Positions 1 through 10,734 are shown, numbered from the stretch's first letter. The stretch: DNA of 44,567 bases from Candidatus Mailhella excrementigallinarum (GCA_019113085.1 DXIB01000239.1:1-44567); one strand, 5' to 3'. Translations and numbers: made by a program. The notes: generated by a model from the sequence alone, not told the origin.

Positions 1-2189
1 AGGCATTGAGCCAGAACAAATCCAGTGCCTGCAAAGCCAATGGCTGAACCGCCGGCAAGAAACTGGACGGAGCCTTCTGAATAGCCTCCAGCGATATTAA
101 TGCCCCAGCTGACGACTACCCATGTGCCGCCTTCAGGCAGAGTTCCACTGCCATAAGGCAGAAGATACACCTGTCCCACGCCAGCAGCCTTCGGCATGGG
201 GGCGAAATTACCACCGAGGATTTCAAACCAATCTCGCCATTCTTGTCTTTGACCGGCAGGCCGTGCTGCTGTACCACCACGCCAGAAGAGTTTCCCGGCG
301 GAAATAGCATAGAAAAAGGCGTGCGCAACTCTCATTGTCGAGTTAGCATCACCGTATGTACGCATTTCGCGCAAGCTGTAAACGCCTTCACCATCAGCGG
401 GGGCATTTGTCCATTGACTGGCATAATAGTCCCCTGCCACTACCAGATCTTCGAGGTTCGTTCCGTATGCACAATTACTCGCGCCCAATACAAGGTTAGT
501 TGAATCAGTGCGCTCCCACGAGAGATCAAAACTACCGGCAGTAAGCGTGTTGAACGCCGCATTCAGCCCCAGAACACGCAACGCCTGCTGACTGGGGTCA
601 ACAGCCTGCGGCGCGGGCACCAGCCCGGCTGTGCCCGGCGCGGACTCTGTGGGCGGAGTGAAGACCGATGCGGCCAACCCACTGCCATAAGTGCCGTCCC
701 CCTTTAAATACTTATCTTTTTCTTCCACAGTCGCCGGAGGCACAAGCCCGGCAGTTCCCGGCTCAGTGGCAGTCGCGCCTTCATATTCGGGCACAGAAAG
801 CATTCCGTTGGTGACGCGTATGCCGTCACCTATATTTGTATCTGCAATGATTTCCCGCCATGTACCCCATTCACCACTTGTACCCTGATGGCGCACCCAT
901 ATTTTTGATGCAGCACCGAACACCATAAAGGTCTGCCGGTATCTGACAACCGATGAGATGCCGGTAGCGGAACTCATGGCCTCAACCATCAGCATACCAT
1001 CATTTGATGTTGTGCCGGTGGTGAACAATAAAATGGGAGGAGCGTTCAGCGTTGTTTCCTTGTGTACCGCCACATGGTAGCGGCCAAGGATCGTGGCAGC
1101 ATCGAAATCCGCAAGCGGCGTATTAAAATATCCGGGATACCACGGCAAAAGCTCGTCCACGATATATCCCCGCGCACTCGCCAGATCAGTCGGATCTCCG
1201 CCGATGGCGATATCCTGCGCCACCAGCTTGCCGGATTCATCCTTTACGATAGTCACCTCATCCGGCGCACCGGTAGCCGCAATGTCTGTCTGCATGTCTT
1301 CCAGTGCAGCATACACACCGCCGGAAGCAACCGGATTGCCACTGCCCTTGACAGGTGCAGGATCTATTTCCTGCACCACGCCGAGATTGTCCCACTGTGT
1401 GCCAGTCCATGCGTAATTGGCTCCGGTGGAGGTGATGTTATACACATCGCCTTCCGCCGCATCCGTGGGCAGATCCTCCACCGTCGCCACACTGCCACGA
1501 TAACGGTATATCCTGTCGACCAGGATTGACGGGTAGGGCAGGTCATTCCAATGGGTCACACCGTCCCCGGTCTTCCACAGCAGCTTGCCCTCCGGAGTGC
1601 GTTCGTATCCGCTTTCGCCGTCCTCAAGCACGGGATTCGCCGTGGCCCACTGTGCAGAAGTGCCGATGCGGGCAACCTGCCGAATAATGGTCCTGTCTCC
1701 CGGTTCATCCAGTGCCGGATTACCGCCGTAAATAATGCTCAGACCCTCATCCGAAGGATCACCGCCATAGATGATGTCAATGGCAGGAGCCAGACCGCGC
1801 TCCCCTTGTATGCCCTGCTTGCCCTGCGGGATGCCGAACTCGAATTCTCCCGTGCCTGCGTTGTAATAGACCGTGGCCGGATGGTCGGGCGGCAGGGTCT
1901 CCGCGCTGGCGGTCATGGCCTTCAGCTCGTCGATTTTGGCCTGTATCTTGGCTGCCAATGCGCCGATTTCCGCCTTGGCCTCGTTGATTTCCTCTTCGGC
2001 AGCCTGACTCGACCTCTCATCAATCTGGCGCACCAGATTGCGCAGGGTCGGCACTTCCCTGCCGCCAAGTATCACCGTCTCGAACTCGCCGCCGTTGACC
2101 CACTTGTCCAGCCTGGCCGCATCCACAGGAATCTGAAAAATACTTTCAAGGACTTCTTCAAGCTTTCCGCAGTCAATTCCCGAACTCAT
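1..2189 (-). CDS. Tail fibre / receptor-binding protein, partial (no stop inside the window)
   Basis: Not in the ORF track. Manual translation from ATG 2189 (MSSGIDCGKLEEV...) stays open to base 1. Contains a short collagen-like GIPQGKQGIQGERG, a WATANPVLEDGESGYE...KTGDGVTHWNDLPY phage fibre shoulder motif and LPEGGTW near the edge; last gene of the tail operon. Confidence 0.85.
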   Translation of the reverse strand, partial: MSSGIDCGKLEEVLESIFQIPVDAARLDKWVNGGEFETVILGGREVPTLRNLVRQIDERSSQAAEEEINEAKAEIGALAAKIQAKIDELKAMTASAETLPPDHPATVYYNAGTGEFEFGIPQGKQGIQGERGLAPAIDIIYGGDPSDEGLSIIYGGNPALDEPGDRTIIRQVARIGTSAQWATANPVLEDGESGYERTPEGKLLWKTGDGVTHWNDLPYPSILVDRIYRYRGSVATVEDLPTDAAEGDVYNITSTGANYAWTGTQWDNLGVVQEIDPAPVKGSGNPVASGGVYAALEDMQTDIAATGAPDEVTIVKDESGKLVAQDIAIGGDPTDLASARGYIVDELLPWYPGYFNTPLADFDAATILGRYHVAVHKETTLNAPPILLFTTGTTSNDGMLMVEAMSSATGISSVVRYRQTFMVFGAASKIWVRHQGTSGEWGTWREIIADTNIGDGIRVTNGMLSVPEYEGATATEPGTAGLVPPATVEEKDKYLKGDGTYGSGLAASVFTPPTESAPGTAGLVPAPQAVDPSQQALRVLGLNAAFNTLTAGSFDLSWERTDSTNLVLGASNCAYGTNLEDLVVAGDYYASQWTNAPADGEGVYSLREMRTYGDANSTMRVAHAFFYAISAGKLFWRGGTAARPAGQRQEWRDWFEILGGNFAPMPKAAGVGQVYLLPYGSGTLPEGGTWVVVSWGINIAGGYSEGSVQFLAGGSAIGFAGTGFVLAQC

Positions 2190-3081
2190 ACAGCACCTTC
2201 TTTTGCTTGCACGCCGCCGGTATCCAGAAATCCGGAACCGAAATGTCAATGTTGCCCAGAATCTCGTCGAACGTCTTCTGCCATTCCATGAAATCTTCCG
2301 GCGGACGGCATATCAGCAGTTCGGTAATCCACGGGCACATGGGGTTTTCCCGCCGCCACACGTCCAGCTCGAGCGTCACGCGCATGTGCAGCCCGGCGAA
2401 GGGTTCAACCTTCGGCATGCTTTTCAGCCGCGCCGTGTGCATGTCGATGTGTCCCGCCGACTGGAGCGGCATGAGAAACCAGCGCGTGCCCCGTTTCAGG
2501 TCATGCCGCACAAAACGCCGCAGGCCCGCCACTTCCTCCCGCGTCATGATGACCGCGCACTGAAAAGCCGTTTCGTCCGTGCGGTACTCCACACGCCGCA
2601 GATTGCCGACTTCCATCTGCGCCGATGCCCGGCGGTCATACGGCGAATAGGAGTAGCCGTCCTGAAGAGGCAGAGGGAACTCATCCGGCCACGCGGGCAG
2701 TTCTTCCAGGCCCGGCGCTTCGTCCGGCCCGTCGTCTACCTCCAGTTTCAGCGCGGCATACGTGTACTGACACCCCACAAGGTTGCCGAGTGAGGGGCGC
2801 TCCCGCATCCGTACCTTGTGCCATGTCACTTCCCGCCCGGAGAGCAGCGGCATTTCAAACCATTCCGCGCCCTGCCGCAGCAGTTCCTGCTCCAGACTTT
2901 CCAGCCATGCCGTCTGCACCTGATCCAGCAGGAGGGAACATTCAATATTGCCTTCCTCCATGCCGAACTCGTCAACCAGTTCGCCGAACACCCCGAAATC
3001 CGGCTTTGTGCGCCGATCTTCCGTCTGCGCCGCATAGCCGTCCTTCTGCGGCACGGGCATCCATTCAGGCCACCTACGCAT
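2173..3081 (-). CDS. Minor tail protein (gpM/distal-tail-like, two tandem similar domains)
   Basis: Two internal repeats starting WPEWMPVPQKDGY and WPDEFPLPLQDGY, each with a G..WF.MPL motif; overlaps neighbours in the tail operon. Confidence 0.7.
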   Translation of the reverse strand: MRRWPEWMPVPQKDGYAAQTEDRRTKPDFGVFGELVDEFGMEEGNIECSLLLDQVQTAWLESLEQELLRQGAEWFEMPLLSGREVTWHKVRMRERPSLGNLVGCQYTYAALKLEVDDGPDEAPGLEELPAWPDEFPLPLQDGYSYSPYDRRASAQMEVGNLRRVEYRTDETAFQCAVIMTREEVAGLRRFVRHDLKRGTRWFLMPLQSAGHIDMHTARLKSMPKVEPFAGLHMRVTLELDVWRRENPMCPWITELLICRPPEDFMEWQKTFDEILGNIDISVPDFWIPAACKQKKVLYEFGN

Positions 3082-6000
3082 TGCCGCCGTCCGCTGCTGT
3101 GGTCGTCACGGGCAGCACGCCGCTGAAATTCAGGGCGGCGTAGGACGCGGGCACATCGTCGAACCACGCATCCTTGCCCGCGAGCCGGAAATAATAGGTT
3201 GTCTCCGGCGTCAGCCCGGAAAGGGTATAGGGCAGGGCGCTGATGATCTGCATGCCCGTCACCGATGACGCGTCGAAGTCCGGCGTCGCGCCCTGAAGCA
3301 GCACATAGCCCGTGACGCCGTCCTGCCCGATTGGGGCCGGGCCGGTCACGCTGTTGAGCGTGATGCTGTCCGCTCCCACGCTGATATCCGCAGCCGTTAC
3401 CGCCGCCGGAGCAGCCGCCTCGGCGGATGCCGTCACCACCGGACCCGGCCCTGCGGCATTCCGCGCCCAGACTTCCGCGCTCATCTTGCGCCACGGGCCG
3501 CCCGGCGCCGCCGCATCCTCCGGCGTCAGCTCGTATTCCAGTGCCTCCGTGCCCGTAACAGCGGCGACCTTGACGGAGTCGGCCAGAACATTGAGACTGT
3601 ATTCCGTGGCCCCGGCAACCGCCTGCCACTCAACGCCGAACGTCGCCCCGTCGAACCGGGCCGCCGCCGTTGTCGCCGCCGGCTTGCTGACCCGCGTATC
3701 CCCTGCCCACACGGCCCACGGGCTCTGCATGTCGTCGCGCACGGCGGCAACGCGCAGCCAGACAGGGCCGCGCGAAACGGCAACGCTGGCCCGGTTGATA
3801 TTCATGCGGCCCACACGCAGCCACGCTTCCCCGTCCGTGCCGGTTTCCACCTCGTAGGCGTCCGCGCCCGTCACGGTCAGCCATGAGGCTTCCAGAACCG
3901 GCGATGCGGCCGTGCCGCCCACGGCCACGGTCAGACGCTGCGGCGCGGCCAGACTGTCCACCGTGGGCAACTGCCCGCGCCCTTCCCATGCCGGTACGGG
4001 CAGTTCATCGTATCCGTAGACGCGCTCGTCATCGTTGACCAGACTGACCGTGTACGTCCACAAGTCGGAAGGCACCACGCTCTGTACCAGCATGCGCCGG
4101 GCAAACTCCCGCGACTGCTGGAGCGTCCACAGCGTGGGCAGAGATTCCTCTCCGGCGGTCAGCCAGTTCCACGGAGCGTCCGCGTCCTCCAGCAGCAGCG
4201 CCGCATATTCCCCGGCGTCGAGCGTCACCTCATACGCGCCGCCGTCGCCGTGCCATGCGGCCAGTCTGCACGGACCCCATGCCGTGCCGTCCGGCCGGGA
4301 CAGGGCAAGATACAGGTCGCCCTTTTCCGGGATATCCCCCGTATCCCGGCGCAGGGTGAGCGCAAGACCTGCCTCGTCCCATGCGTCCACCTTGCCCGAC
4401 GCGGTATTTCTCAGGCGGGGATGCGATACCGTCACCACGTCGCCCCGGTTCATCAGCCGCCCCAGCCCCTCAACCTGACATTCCACGCCGATGCGCCGCC
4501 AGCGGTTGCGCGCCGCATAACCTACAGCAACACGGAACGCATGTTCCCGGCCGGTGATGCCGAGCATTTCCAGACTGGTTTCCTCCCGGCTTTCGCTCTC
4601 CGGCAGAACCGCCTTCACGTCCCGCTGCTGGAAGCCGTAAGCCGCGTCCAGGTAATTCATGACCACATCATCCGGCGTGGAACTTGACCATGTGTTCCAG
4701 GTCAGCTTGAAACTGCCCCGCCGGATGTTGCGCGGGGTGAGCATGTAACGCACCGGACGGCCCGCGCAGTCCTCCACAAAGGACAAGACCGAACCTTCCA
4801 GCCTCGGCACGCACAGCATGGGCTGGCACATTTCGGTGATCAACTGCCAGACCGTATAGGCCCCGTCGATATAGGCGTCATAATGCCAGCCGCGTGCCTG
4901 CAAACGCTCGTCAATGGCCCACAGCGCGTCAAGATCAAGCTCCCGGTCGCTCAGACCGCCGCCCCATGACGCCTTGCATACCGCGCTGACGGCGGCGGCC
5001 CATGAACGCGTGGCCGTTTCTCCGCTCCATGTCCGTGTCGCGCGGTCATAGAGCGGGAGCCTGCGCGTGCAGATCAGACTGAGCTTGCTGCTTGCGCTGT
5101 TGCTCAGGGTGTTTGTGGCCCGAATCTTGATAGCCACGGCGGAAACGCCATAGCTCAGGCTTCCCGGCAGCATGGCCCGCATGGCCTGCCACTGGATGCT
5201 GTCCATGGTGCGTCCGTTGACGGCGCTGTCCGAAGTACGCGCCAGCCTCACCTCATAACGGCCCTGCGCCACATCGCACAGCAGCGTGCGCCGCTGCGGG
5301 GTGAGCGTCGCCCCCTTGAACGTCTCCGTCCGCAGCACGGCCCACTCGCTCAGGGCCGCACCCATATCGTCAATGAGCCGGTATTCCGCCCTGATATCAA
5401 TGCTGTATTCCTGCAAGTTCGCGTTATCGTCGTAACGCCCGATGCCCTGCGGCAGCACGATGTCGAGCTGGATCTGGTTCGTCACCGTGCCCGGCGGGTT
5501 GGCGACATACGGCCCGATTTCGCCGTTATATTCCTCCTCGTTCGGGCCGTAGAGTTCCTGCCCGGACACTTCCGCAGAGGTAATCACGTTGTCCGGAAAC
5601 AGCGTCACCGGACTGCCCGCAGGCACAAACTCCACCTGCACATTGTCGTATGCCGAGTCCACGCCGCCGGAAGCGCGCCAGAACACCGTATCCCCGAAGC
5701 TCATGCTTTCCACATCGTAGTTTCCCCGGCCCAGCGCGTACACGAAATAGCCGTACTGCTCGTTTTCGATGTACTGCACCCAGGGCGTGGCGATGTAGTC
5801 CGGGGTGATTTGCATGCGTCCGAAGCCTTCCGGCTCCGGCTGATACAGGCGGGCCTGATTGCCCGATGAGTTGATGTTGTAGGTGGGGGACGCCGTGGCC
5901 GCGTCATAGGCCCCGGACAGGCCGGACGGCACGCCGGAAAAGCCGCCCAGCGCCCCCACAATCGCCGTCGCCCCCAGCATGATCGCGCCGTTGACAAGGC

Positions 6001-6364
6001 CCATGGTCAAACCATACGCGAAGGTATCCTTGGCGAACTCCAAACCCAATGCCAAAGCGCCGCCGGGGTTCCATGCCATGACAGCAATCGAAACGACAGC
6101 CAGAATCGCCGTGAGCGGATTGCTCCCGCCCCCGCCGCCCATGGGCAGTTCCACGAAAATCACAATCGCATGCGGCGCGACGGGCACACTCCAGCCGTCA
6201 TTTTCGCGCAGAACAGGCTGCCCGCCCGCAACGGCAATGGTCGGAGCCAGAAATTCCTCGCTCTCCGGATGCAGCAGGCCGGCCAAATCGCGCAGGGCAA
6301 GCGGCCCTTCCGCCGTCACCCGCCGCCGGATCTGTCCACCGCAAATCAGTACAGCCTCAGGCAT
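3074..6364 (-). CDS. Tail tip / host-specificity protein (TipJ/gpJ-like) with C-terminal FnIII-like domains
   Basis: 1096 aa; GNQARLYQPEPEGFGR, GRYEVRLAR, and FnIII-like end LSGLTPETTYYFRLAG; follows the NlpC/P60 gene. Confidence 0.9.
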   Translation of the reverse strand: MPEAVLICGGQIRRRVTAEGPLALRDLAGLLHPESEEFLAPTIAVAGGQPVLRENDGWSVPVAPHAIVIFVELPMGGGGGSNPLTAILAVVSIAVMAWNPGGALALGLEFAKDTFAYGLTMGLVNGAIMLGATAIVGALGGFSGVPSGLSGAYDAATASPTYNINSSGNQARLYQPEPEGFGRMQITPDYIATPWVQYIENEQYGYFVYALGRGNYDVESMSFGDTVFWRASGGVDSAYDNVQVEFVPAGSPVTLFPDNVITSAEVSGQELYGPNEEEYNGEIGPYVANPPGTVTNQIQLDIVLPQGIGRYDDNANLQEYSIDIRAEYRLIDDMGAALSEWAVLRTETFKGATLTPQRRTLLCDVAQGRYEVRLARTSDSAVNGRTMDSIQWQAMRAMLPGSLSYGVSAVAIKIRATNTLSNSASSKLSLICTRRLPLYDRATRTWSGETATRSWAAAVSAVCKASWGGGLSDRELDLDALWAIDERLQARGWHYDAYIDGAYTVWQLITEMCQPMLCVPRLEGSVLSFVEDCAGRPVRYMLTPRNIRRGSFKLTWNTWSSSTPDDVVMNYLDAAYGFQQRDVKAVLPESESREETSLEMLGITGREHAFRVAVGYAARNRWRRIGVECQVEGLGRLMNRGDVVTVSHPRLRNTASGKVDAWDEAGLALTLRRDTGDIPEKGDLYLALSRPDGTAWGPCRLAAWHGDGGAYEVTLDAGEYAALLLEDADAPWNWLTAGEESLPTLWTLQQSREFARRMLVQSVVPSDLWTYTVSLVNDDERVYGYDELPVPAWEGRGQLPTVDSLAAPQRLTVAVGGTAASPVLEASWLTVTGADAYEVETGTDGEAWLRVGRMNINRASVAVSRGPVWLRVAAVRDDMQSPWAVWAGDTRVSKPAATTAAARFDGATFGVEWQAVAGATEYSLNVLADSVKVAAVTGTEALEYELTPEDAAAPGGPWRKMSAEVWARNAAGPGPVVTASAEAAAPAAVTAADISVGADSITLNSVTGPAPIGQDGVTGYVLLQGATPDFDASSVTGMQIISALPYTLSGLTPETTYYFRLAGKDAWFDDVPASYAALNFSGVLPVTTTAADGGNA

Positions 6365-6821
6365 GCAGCCACCCCCGTTCCGTCAGCGCGGCGTCCATGC
6401 GTTCGTGCCGGTACCAGCGCAGAGAGCGATAGCCGGAGGCCAGCAGTTCGCCCGGGCCGGACAGATGCACGCCCACGCGCTGCTGACAGTGCAGGATCAG
6501 CAGACCGTCCGCCGTCATGCAGGCGATGCCGCAATGATCCTCGTAGCGATTACGACTCAGGAACACGGAATCGAACTCGCGCGGAGCCTCCCCGTCCGGC
6601 AGGGGCCGCAGGCCGTAGAAGCCCGGAAGCATGCTGTCGATGCAGTCTTTCAGCACGCGGGCATCCGGCGCGGGCACGGGCGGCGTCTCGATGCCCAGCA
6701 GGTCAAGATGCACGGCGCGCAGAAGTTCCCCGCAGGTATAACTCTCCGGCGGATTCGGCACGCCCGCCCAGGGCTTGCCCAGATAGCGCAGATGCCAGTT
6801 TTCCGGTGATGTTACGCGCAT
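6357..6821 (-). CDS. Tail tip NlpC/P60-family protein (gpK-like)
   Basis: YLGKPW...SYTCGEL...HCGI...ILHC pattern; position between gpL-like and gpJ-like genes. Confidence 0.82.
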   Translation of the reverse strand: MRVTSPENWHLRYLGKPWAGVPNPPESYTCGELLRAVHLDLLGIETPPVPAPDARVLKDCIDSMLPGFYGLRPLPDGEAPREFDSVFLSRNRYEDHCGIACMTADGLLILHCQQRVGVHLSGPGELLASGYRSLRWYRHERMDAALTERGWLHA

Positions 6822-6830
6822 GCCGCCCCC

Positions 6831-7373
6831 TCATCCCCTCACCAGCGCCGGATACCTGCCCGGCGTGTACAGCCGCCCGAACGGCAGATTAATCCAGTCC
6901 AGCACCGTGCCCGTGGCCGTCAGATCGCCCGTGGCCGCGTCAAGATACGGTGAGCCGATATGTATGCCCGGCCATGCCTCCGCCGGGCCTTCCTCCTCCC
7001 GCCCGAGAACATAGCCGCGATATATGGCCGTGATGCTTCCCCCGCCCAGCGCCGCCGCCTCAAGGTCTTCATCGAAATAATCCCCCACGCCGCAAATGCG
7101 CAGGTTCACTTCGCCGGGCGTGTTCTCGCTCTTTTCCGGCAGGGAAATGTCAAAGGGCAGGCCGATGAATTCCGCCAGCGCGCCGGGGTCATACGCCGCG
7201 TCGTCCTCCAGGCGCAGCATGAAGCGGCGCGGCTCCGGCTCCAGCGGCCAGCGCGCCACCCGCGCGGGCTGCGTGAACGATTTGTGATTCAGTTCCAGGG
7301 TGTGCAGCATCTGCACTTCCACAGGGGCGGAAGCGTAGGCTTCCGCAACGGCTTTTTGCAGAAGGTCGTTCAT
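6831..7373 (-). CDS. Minor tail protein (DUF1833/gpL-like)
   Basis: EAYASAP...HTLELNH...FIGLPFDISLP...YTPGRYPAL; directly after the tape measure gene. Confidence 0.8.
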   Translation of the reverse strand: MNDLLQKAVAEAYASAPVEVQMLHTLELNHKSFTQPARVARWPLEPEPRRFMLRLEDDAAYDPGALAEFIGLPFDISLPEKSENTPGEVNLRICGVGDYFDEDLEAAALGGGSITAIYRGYVLGREEEGPAEAWPGIHIGSPYLDAATGDLTATGTVLDWINLPFGRLYTPGRYPALVRG

Positions 7374-10300
7374 GACTTGCCCCGTCCTCTGTACAGCCGT
7401 CCGGCCCTGCTCAGGCCGCGCGTGCGGTCAAGATGATTGGCAAAACGGCTGCGTCCGGCATTGTCGCGCTGCACCATGCCCGCTTCCACCTGATCCAGCA
7501 CGACCTCGATGTTCAGGCCGCCCTGGCCGTCCGGTGCGGCCGTGGTCTGCGCCTGAACCTGCTGCCCCGTGTTGTTGATGACGTTGACCGTCACCTCCGG
7601 CGTGGGCATGGGAAAATCAGGCGTGTAGCTCCGCACGCCCAGCGTGCCGTCCGGCCCGCGCGTGAGCGGCATGACGGCTTCCGGCCCGGCTTCGCCCATC
7701 AGCCCCGCGCCCTTGCGGAACGCGGTCAGATGCTCATTGAAGTCAAAGGTAGTCGGAGAACTGACGACCGAGCCGGAGTAATCGGATATGCTGCCGCCGG
7801 ATACGACGCCGCCCATGGCCATTTTTACCCAGCCCATGGAAGCGGTAGGCGAGAAATCACTTGAAGCCAGACCGCCGCTCACACTCATGCTTACGGCTGA
7901 ACCTCCTCCGAACATGCCGGTAATCGCCCGCACCAACGGCGCCACCACCATGGCCTGATAGGCGATGCGCACCAGATCCCGGATCATGGAATCCGCAAGA
8001 TCAGAAAAGCTCAGCTTGCCCGTGGTCGTGAACTCGACAAGGGCATCTTCCAGAGAGGAAAGGCTGGTCTGCGTAAAGCTCTCGAACTGCCGCCCCATGT
8101 TCGTGGCGTCCGCGTAATAGCTCTTCATGGCCCGCTTCGCGCCGTCCCATCCTTCCGTACCGGCTTCAAGGCGCAGGAGTTCCCGCATCTGATCCAGATA
8201 TTCCCGAGGGATATCCGCGTTCTTCCATTCCTCCATCTGGCGGTCGATAAGCTGATTCGCGTATTCCAGACTCAGATTGTACTGCCCGGACTTCTCCGCA
8301 AGCTGCTGATAGAAATCCAGCCGCAGATCGGAATTTTCCCTGGCTTTCCGCTCCGCTTCGGCCCTGTCCTCTTCCGCCCAGCTTTCACGCCGCGCGGCGG
8401 CAACTTCCTCGATTTTTTTCTTGTATTGAGGATACAGATCGATCTGTTCCTCAACCCATCGCTTGAGTTCCCAGTCCCGGAATTCGGCATCCGTGGATTT
8501 CAGTTTTTCCAGTTCCCTGTTGTATCCTTCCAGCGCCTTCAGCGCCGCCTCTGCCCTGCGCTGGGCCTCCGTCTTGCCGGCGCCGCCCGTTTTCCCCGCG
8601 TCCACCTGCGCGAAACGCTTCTGGTATTCATCCGCCGCGCGCATCAGACGTTCATAGGTTTCCCACTGGCCCATGCCCGCGGCCACCGCCGCGGTGGACT
8701 GGATGAGAGCCAGCGCGACTTCCCGCTGTGTCCGCTCGAATGCCGCGCTGGTTTCCTTTGCCAGCGCAGTGTTCGCCGTGTACCTGTCCAGCCAGGAGAT
8801 GGCGTCAGAGGCGCTGGTCACGAACTGCCCGCCCGCCTTGTCCAGCGCGGCAAGCTCACGGCTGAAACGGTTGGTGGAGTCTGCGGAAGATTCTGTCGCA
8901 TCCCTTGTTTTTGATATTTGGGACTGGTATTCTTCCCATTTGATTTTTAAAGATATAAGTGCGTCTAAAACTTGTGAAACATCCTTGAATTCCAGTGCCT
9001 TTTCCTTTTCAACCGCATATGCCTGCAAGTCATCCTTCAGCATTTTGAGCTGCTCTGACGTTGCATTGACAAAGTTCTTTGGCAATAAGATTTCCGTCAT
9101 CTTATCCAGTCGAGCAGCATCCTCAAGGCTGGTCCAGAAATCAGAAAAAGCCGCTCTTATTCGTGAAGCTGCTCCTCCTTCCAAAAAATTTCCTGAAAGC
9201 TGTTCTTCAATCTGCTGTTTAAGGTTTATACCTTCAAGCTCAAAGGAATTCTTGTTCATTTCATTGAGCTTGTCGGCGTATTCTTTCAGGGCATCGCCAG
9301 CTTCTCTGGTGTTCGCACTCACCAAACGCAAAGCATCAGCATGCTCTCTGGCATATTTTTCTGCGACAGCTTCCTGCATGGACAAGTAACTTACACTTCC
9401 AACAGCAGCGGTAAATGCCGCGCCCCATGGCCCGCCGAATATGCCGAGAAGGCTGCTGAATGCGCTCCGCACTCCAAGACCGGCTTTTTTGAGCATTTCC
9501 AGAGATGTGGCGGCAGCGATATGACTGCCTGAGAGTTTTTTTTCAGCCGCATTGAGCTGATTGTCCAAAGTGAGCAGACGCGCCCGGACATTTGCAAGAA
9601 CCTGTTCGGCACGGGCCGCATTCTCTGTTCCGGCGAGTCGAGCAGCCAGTGCAGCAGCCCGTTTTTCGTTCTGCACAAGCGCCAGCTTTTCCCGCTCAAG
9701 ACGGATTATTTCCGCGTCCGCCGCCTCGCGGGCGGCAAGCGTGAGATTTTTCAGCCCGGCAACAACATTTTTCCTGATGCCTTCACCCTGCGCCAGAGAA
9801 GTGTTCATGAGCTTGTGCTGGGCAATAAAGGCGGCCAGCGCGGGGACACTTGCCTTCAGCGCCGTGTCGTATTCCTCCACGCCTGCGGTCATGCTTTCCA
9901 CCGCGCCGCGCACAGTCTGGAGCGAAGATGCCGCAATGTCCGAATCCATGAAGCTGGCTTTGAAGTCTTCCCAGGATGACGTCAGTCTGTTGAGTTCGCC
10001 CTGTACGCCGTTGGCCGCGTTTATCGCCGCTTCGCCGAAATCCTTATGAAGTATGGTTCCGACCTGGCTCAGGACGTCGATGCTCACTTCGCCGCGTTCC
10101 AGCATCTTGTCCAGTACGCTGGTTTCGACTCCTAATGCCTGCGCGAAGATCTGAACCGCCTTGGGCAGGGCTTCGCCGAGCTGCTGGCGCAGTTCTTCCG
10201 CAGATATCTTGCCCTTGGAAATCATTTGCTGAATAGCCAGCAGAACCCGATTATACTGTTCAGTTGTCAAGCCCAGAGCTGTTGATGCCTCGGTGAACCC

Positions 10301-10693
10301 CTCAAAGATTCTTTCCGCGTCGCCCTCAAGCTGCGTGCCCTTGGTCGCCGCAAAGAAGCCCTTGGCCGCTTCCGCTGTCTGGTAGAAATTCTGCCCGAGC
10401 CTGTCGCTCACCTCGCGCAGGTAATCCAGACGCGCCGCGCCCCTGGCGGAACTGCCCTCGATGGTGCTGAACGCCTTGTTCAGCCGGTCAAGGTTCAGCG
10501 CCGCGTCAAGGCTGGCCTTGCCGAAAACGGTAAAGCTCCCCACCGTGGCGGAAAGGCCGAAAAAGCGCGTCAGCGAACCGGCAAGCTCCTGCACTCCCTC
10601 GCGCAGAGCCGCCGCGCTGCGTTCGGCGGACTTGAAAGCTTTGCTTGCATTGTCCTGCCCATTGATGATAATCTTCGTCTGCAGTTGACTCAT
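7370..10693 (-). CDS. Tail tape measure protein
   Basis: ~1107 aa Ala-rich helical protein; QMISKGKISAEELRQQLGEALP tape-measure motif and lambda-type C-terminus GLMGEAGPEAVMPL; start refined to ATG 10693 (MSQLQTKIII). Confidence 0.95.
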   Translation of the reverse strand: MSQLQTKIIINGQDNASKAFKSAERSAAALREGVQELAGSLTRFFGLSATVGSFTVFGKASLDAALNLDRLNKAFSTIEGSSARGAARLDYLREVSDRLGQNFYQTAEAAKGFFAATKGTQLEGDAERIFEGFTEASTALGLTTEQYNRVLLAIQQMISKGKISAEELRQQLGEALPKAVQIFAQALGVETSVLDKMLERGEVSIDVLSQVGTILHKDFGEAAINAANGVQGELNRLTSSWEDFKASFMDSDIAASSLQTVRGAVESMTAGVEEYDTALKASVPALAAFIAQHKLMNTSLAQGEGIRKNVVAGLKNLTLAAREAADAEIIRLEREKLALVQNEKRAAALAARLAGTENAARAEQVLANVRARLLTLDNQLNAAEKKLSGSHIAAATSLEMLKKAGLGVRSAFSSLLGIFGGPWGAAFTAAVGSVSYLSMQEAVAEKYAREHADALRLVSANTREAGDALKEYADKLNEMNKNSFELEGINLKQQIEEQLSGNFLEGGAASRIRAAFSDFWTSLEDAARLDKMTEILLPKNFVNATSEQLKMLKDDLQAYAVEKEKALEFKDVSQVLDALISLKIKWEEYQSQISKTRDATESSADSTNRFSRELAALDKAGGQFVTSASDAISWLDRYTANTALAKETSAAFERTQREVALALIQSTAAVAAGMGQWETYERLMRAADEYQKRFAQVDAGKTGGAGKTEAQRRAEAALKALEGYNRELEKLKSTDAEFRDWELKRWVEEQIDLYPQYKKKIEEVAAARRESWAEEDRAEAERKARENSDLRLDFYQQLAEKSGQYNLSLEYANQLIDRQMEEWKNADIPREYLDQMRELLRLEAGTEGWDGAKRAMKSYYADATNMGRQFESFTQTSLSSLEDALVEFTTTGKLSFSDLADSMIRDLVRIAYQAMVVAPLVRAITGMFGGGSAVSMSVSGGLASSDFSPTASMGWVKMAMGGVVSGGSISDYSGSVVSSPTTFDFNEHLTAFRKGAGLMGEAGPEAVMPLTRGPDGTLGVRSYTPDFPMPTPEVTVNVINNTGQQVQAQTTAAPDGQGGLNIEVVLDQVEAGMVQRDNAGRSRFANHLDRTRGLSRAGRLYRGRGKS

Positions 10694-10734
10694 ATGGCCC
10701 CCTGTGCGTGTTGATGTTTTTTTTCTTTTCCCAT

